A stretch of DNA of 57,890 nt from positions 1 to 57,890 of the forward strand of contig JAJYHK010000001.1 of assembly GCA_021784815.1 (NCBI GenBank), in the 5' to 3' direction. Under the pieces are notes generated by a model, which saw nothing but the letters and a program-made list of their open reading frames with translations, ran no database searches and was not told where the DNA came from. Position 1 is the stretch's first letter. Every line of letters starts with the position of its first letter. The position numbers and the translations under genes are program-made. This stretch comes from a bacterium. Lineage in GTDB: Bacteria; Patescibacteriota; Minisyncoccia; Phycocordibacterales; Phycocordibacteraceae. Of this stretch, positions 56,020-57,890 are shown piece after piece.

Positions 56020-56181
56020 ACCACTGGCTTTGGCCGCTGGCATGGTCGCAAATCGTCAGACATAGCAACCCCGTCATCAGGGCGTGTCTGACGTTGCGTA
56101 GGGAAACTTACGTAGGCCCGCAAGGGCTCCTGGTGGCGGGTTTTCTGTACCCGCTGCTAGGGATAATCACACTTCCCTACC
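56020..56181 (+). other. Hairpin-dense non-coding stretch (candidate structured RNA or 5' leader)
   Basis: 9-bp stem 56054-56062/56085-56093. GNRA hairpins CGTAGG-GAAA-CTTACG (56097-56112) and GCCC-GCAA-GGGC (56116-56127). GCGGG/CCCGC (56136-56154). TAGGG/CCCTA (56158-56179), which ends 2 nt before the ATG. Confidence 0.3.
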
Positions 56182-56505
56182 ATGCCTAAGAAAGTCCCCA
56201 CCGAGCAGACCGCAAAGCTCGCTGACGCCCTCCGGGCTCGGAATGTCCGCATTGCGGTCGAGCATTGGGATGGTCACAAGCATATAGATATTTTCGTGCC
56301 GGATGCCCGTCTCTATATCGAGGTGGATGGCCTCCAACATTTCGTAGACCCTGATCAGATACTTACGGACCTACGCCGCGACCACTTTTCAGACGGCGAC
56401 GACTTTTCCACCCTTCGTATCACGAATCAGCTCATAGACACGCACCTCGACGAGATAGCAGACGCGATTGCTGGGGTAGTAGCAAAGGAAAATCGCGCAG
56501 ATTGA
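56182..56505 (+). CDS. DUF559/Vsr-like (PD-(D/E)xK fold) endonuclease domain protein
   Basis: HIDIFVPDARLYIEVDGLQH...RRDHF...TLRITN matches the DUF559 core pattern (D...E-V-D-G..H). Confidence 0.6.
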   Translation: MPKKVPTEQTAKLADALRARNVRIAVEHWDGHKHIDIFVPDARLYIEVDGLQHFVDPDQILTDLRRDHFSDGDDFSTLRITNQLIDTHLDEIADAIAGVVAKENRAD

Positions 56506-56536
56506 CGCATTATTGAGACAGTGGTTCAATCCCGCC

Positions 56537-57412
56537 ATGACGCCGGGAGACAAGGGCATGCTTGATACGGTTAACCTCCTCGTGTTGCTTTTCCGTGCCC
56601 GGAAGCATGCTCCGGAGTTCGATGAAAAACAGCAGCACACTCTCACCGTTACAAAAGAACACCTTGCAAGCGCAGGTCTCACCATCCCCGTCTTCTCAAA
56701 TACGCTCAATATTCTAGCCGACAAAGGATATCTAACCGGCGTCGTGGTCTTCGAAGACTCCTACCACGCGAAGATTCGAGATGCCGTGACTGAGAAGAAC
56801 TTCAACGCACTGCTTGAGAGGTTCGACAGTACTGAGGCGGAGGTACTCGCGCAAAGGCTACAAGAAGCAGCTGTAGTTAATGTTGCAAAGGTTGCACCAC
56901 CGAATCTTCCAATGAGCAGAGAAATGCAGGAGGCGTTGGCGCAAGAGAGTCGCACACTCAGAGAGATGCTCAACGATAGCAGAGAGATGCTCGTGCGTCA
57001 TTCTGATCAGGATATTGCCATAGCAGTACTGCTGCCATTTCGTAGCATTGACCGGCTGCTTGAAAAGATGAATTCCGGTCTATCCTTCGAGGAAGTGCAG
57101 GACACGGGTATCTGGTACGATGCCCAGCGGTATGAATTTCATTTTGAGGACGAGGTTATGAGCACCGCGAATCGTGGAACTGCCACACTCGTACACCCCA
57201 TTCTCAATGCCCTCTTTAACACTGGTATCGACTACGTAGCGGAGTATTCAGACCTGCCTGACTTTGACGACAATGACCGTGCAAAAGAAAACAAACGATA
57301 TGCTGATGCCGTTCGACATTTCATTACAAAGTACGCTTCTCTGGCAGAGGTTTTCAAAGTCTACTCAGACCGCGTGGAGCTTCTAGAGCCATACCGCAGC
57401 GAGATTCACTAA
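56537..57412 (+). CDS. Hypothetical protein (about 290 aa)
   Basis: Long ORF. The track start at 56513 is a TTG, and ATGs occur at 56537 and 56558. No family recognised. Confidence 0.5.
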   Translation: MTPGDKGMLDTVNLLVLLFRARKHAPEFDEKQQHTLTVTKEHLASAGLTIPVFSNTLNILADKGYLTGVVVFEDSYHAKIRDAVTEKNFNALLERFDSTEAEVLAQRLQEAAVVNVAKVAPPNLPMSREMQEALAQESRTLREMLNDSREMLVRHSDQDIAIAVLLPFRSIDRLLEKMNSGLSFEEVQDTGIWYDAQRYEFHFEDEVMSTANRGTATLVHPILNALFNTGIDYVAEYSDLPDFDDNDRAKENKRYADAVRHFITKYASLAEVFKVYSDRVELLEPYRSEIH

Positions 57413-57454
57413 ACCGTTCACCGGCGTTCACCTCCCGGGTTCTATCGTGGTTGC

Positions 57455-57700
57455 GTGGATACCGAACAGGAGTACTTCCAATTCTCCAAACCGCTTAAAC
57501 TGCGGTTGATTGAGTATTTCCGCAAGGAATACGACCTCGACATTAACGACGAGGAGGCTGATCTGTTCCTTGCTTCCCTTGCTGCCCTGTATGACGCGCT
57601 CTCGAAGGCGCCCGCCACCGTGGACGCGGCGGCGGCGCGTGAGCGGGACGCGCGGCCCGGTGCGGGCGGCTCTGACTTGATATCCCCTCATAGTTGTTAA
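57455..57700 (+). CDS. Hypothetical protein (81 aa)
   Basis: ORF with a GTG start. Acidic N-terminal half and Ala/Arg-rich tail. Confidence 0.35.
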   Translation: MDTEQEYFQFSKPLKLRLIEYFRKEYDLDINDEEADLFLASLAALYDALSKAPATVDAAAARERDARPGAGGSDLISPHSC

Positions 57701-57730
57701 GGAAGCGTATGCCTTTCGTATATCGACAAA

Positions 57731-57890
57731 ATGGAAACCTCGTCGAAATTACCGAGACAGAAAAAGCCCCGACTAAAGTACGGGTACGTCCCGATCATAT
57801 ACGACGAAGGGTACGTCCTCTACACCGGGCTCGGCGACGCGATAACCTTGTCCGCACCAGGCAAATTTGTGTGCGGCGCGCGCCCGGAAA
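57731..57890 (+). CDS. 3'-truncated hypothetical ORF running off the window
   Basis: The frame from the ATG at 57731 reads ...KYGYVPIIYDEGYVLYTGLGDAITLSAPGKFVCGARPE with high GC3. An alternative ATG at 57709 is in another frame. Confidence 0.2.
   Translation, partial: METSSKLPRQKKPRLKYGYVPIIYDEGYVLYTGLGDAITLSAPGKFVCGARPE

Noticed and set aside
56054-56093. CUGAUGA on the minus strand (complement of 56073-56079) as a hammerhead ribozyme core.
   Set aside because: No stem II followed by GAAA, and no appropriately placed cleavage-site helices, could be found downstream on that strand.

Overview
The window is a high-GC (by eye about 58-62%), gene-dense bacterial chromosome segment. Its content resembles a small-genome, Patescibacteria/CPR-like organism, although I cannot confirm the lineage without a search. 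Most of it is housekeeping. Translation genes are proS, lysS, cysS, gltX, trpS, a broken aspS, rplU, rplI, rpmA, frr, hpf, fmt, def and greA. Cell-envelope and shape genes are murA, two mreB copies, mreCD-pbp2, mraZ-rsmH-ftsL-ftsI-murF, dacB-mraY-ftsW-murG, ctpA and rseP. DNA-transaction genes are dnaB, holB, recR, rmuC and scpAB. Two tRNAs are present, Asn-GTT and Glu-CTC. There are four accessory parts. (1) A left-truncated integrated element (1-7185) carries a replication gene, a ParB-methyltransferase fusion, a second methyltransferase, ORFans and a large serine recombinase that runs into tRNA-Asn. (2) A decayed zone lies between lysS and mraZ (23.1-24.6 kb). (3) A small low-GC islet surrounds tRNA-Glu and holds a broken surface-protein remnant (29.4-30.8 kb). 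(4) A clearly AT-richer island starts about 52.6 kb. In it, three near-identical 21-bp direct repeats delimit membrane-protein cassettes. Next come a tightly coupled TM-protein plus HEPN-like (RNKAVH) gene pair, a hairpin-dense non-coding stretch, a DUF559-like nuclease and further ORFans running off the window. The island is my best candidate for an undescribed system. Many long ORFs in the six-frame track are antisense or upstream-extension artefacts of the high GC content and were trimmed or rejected.
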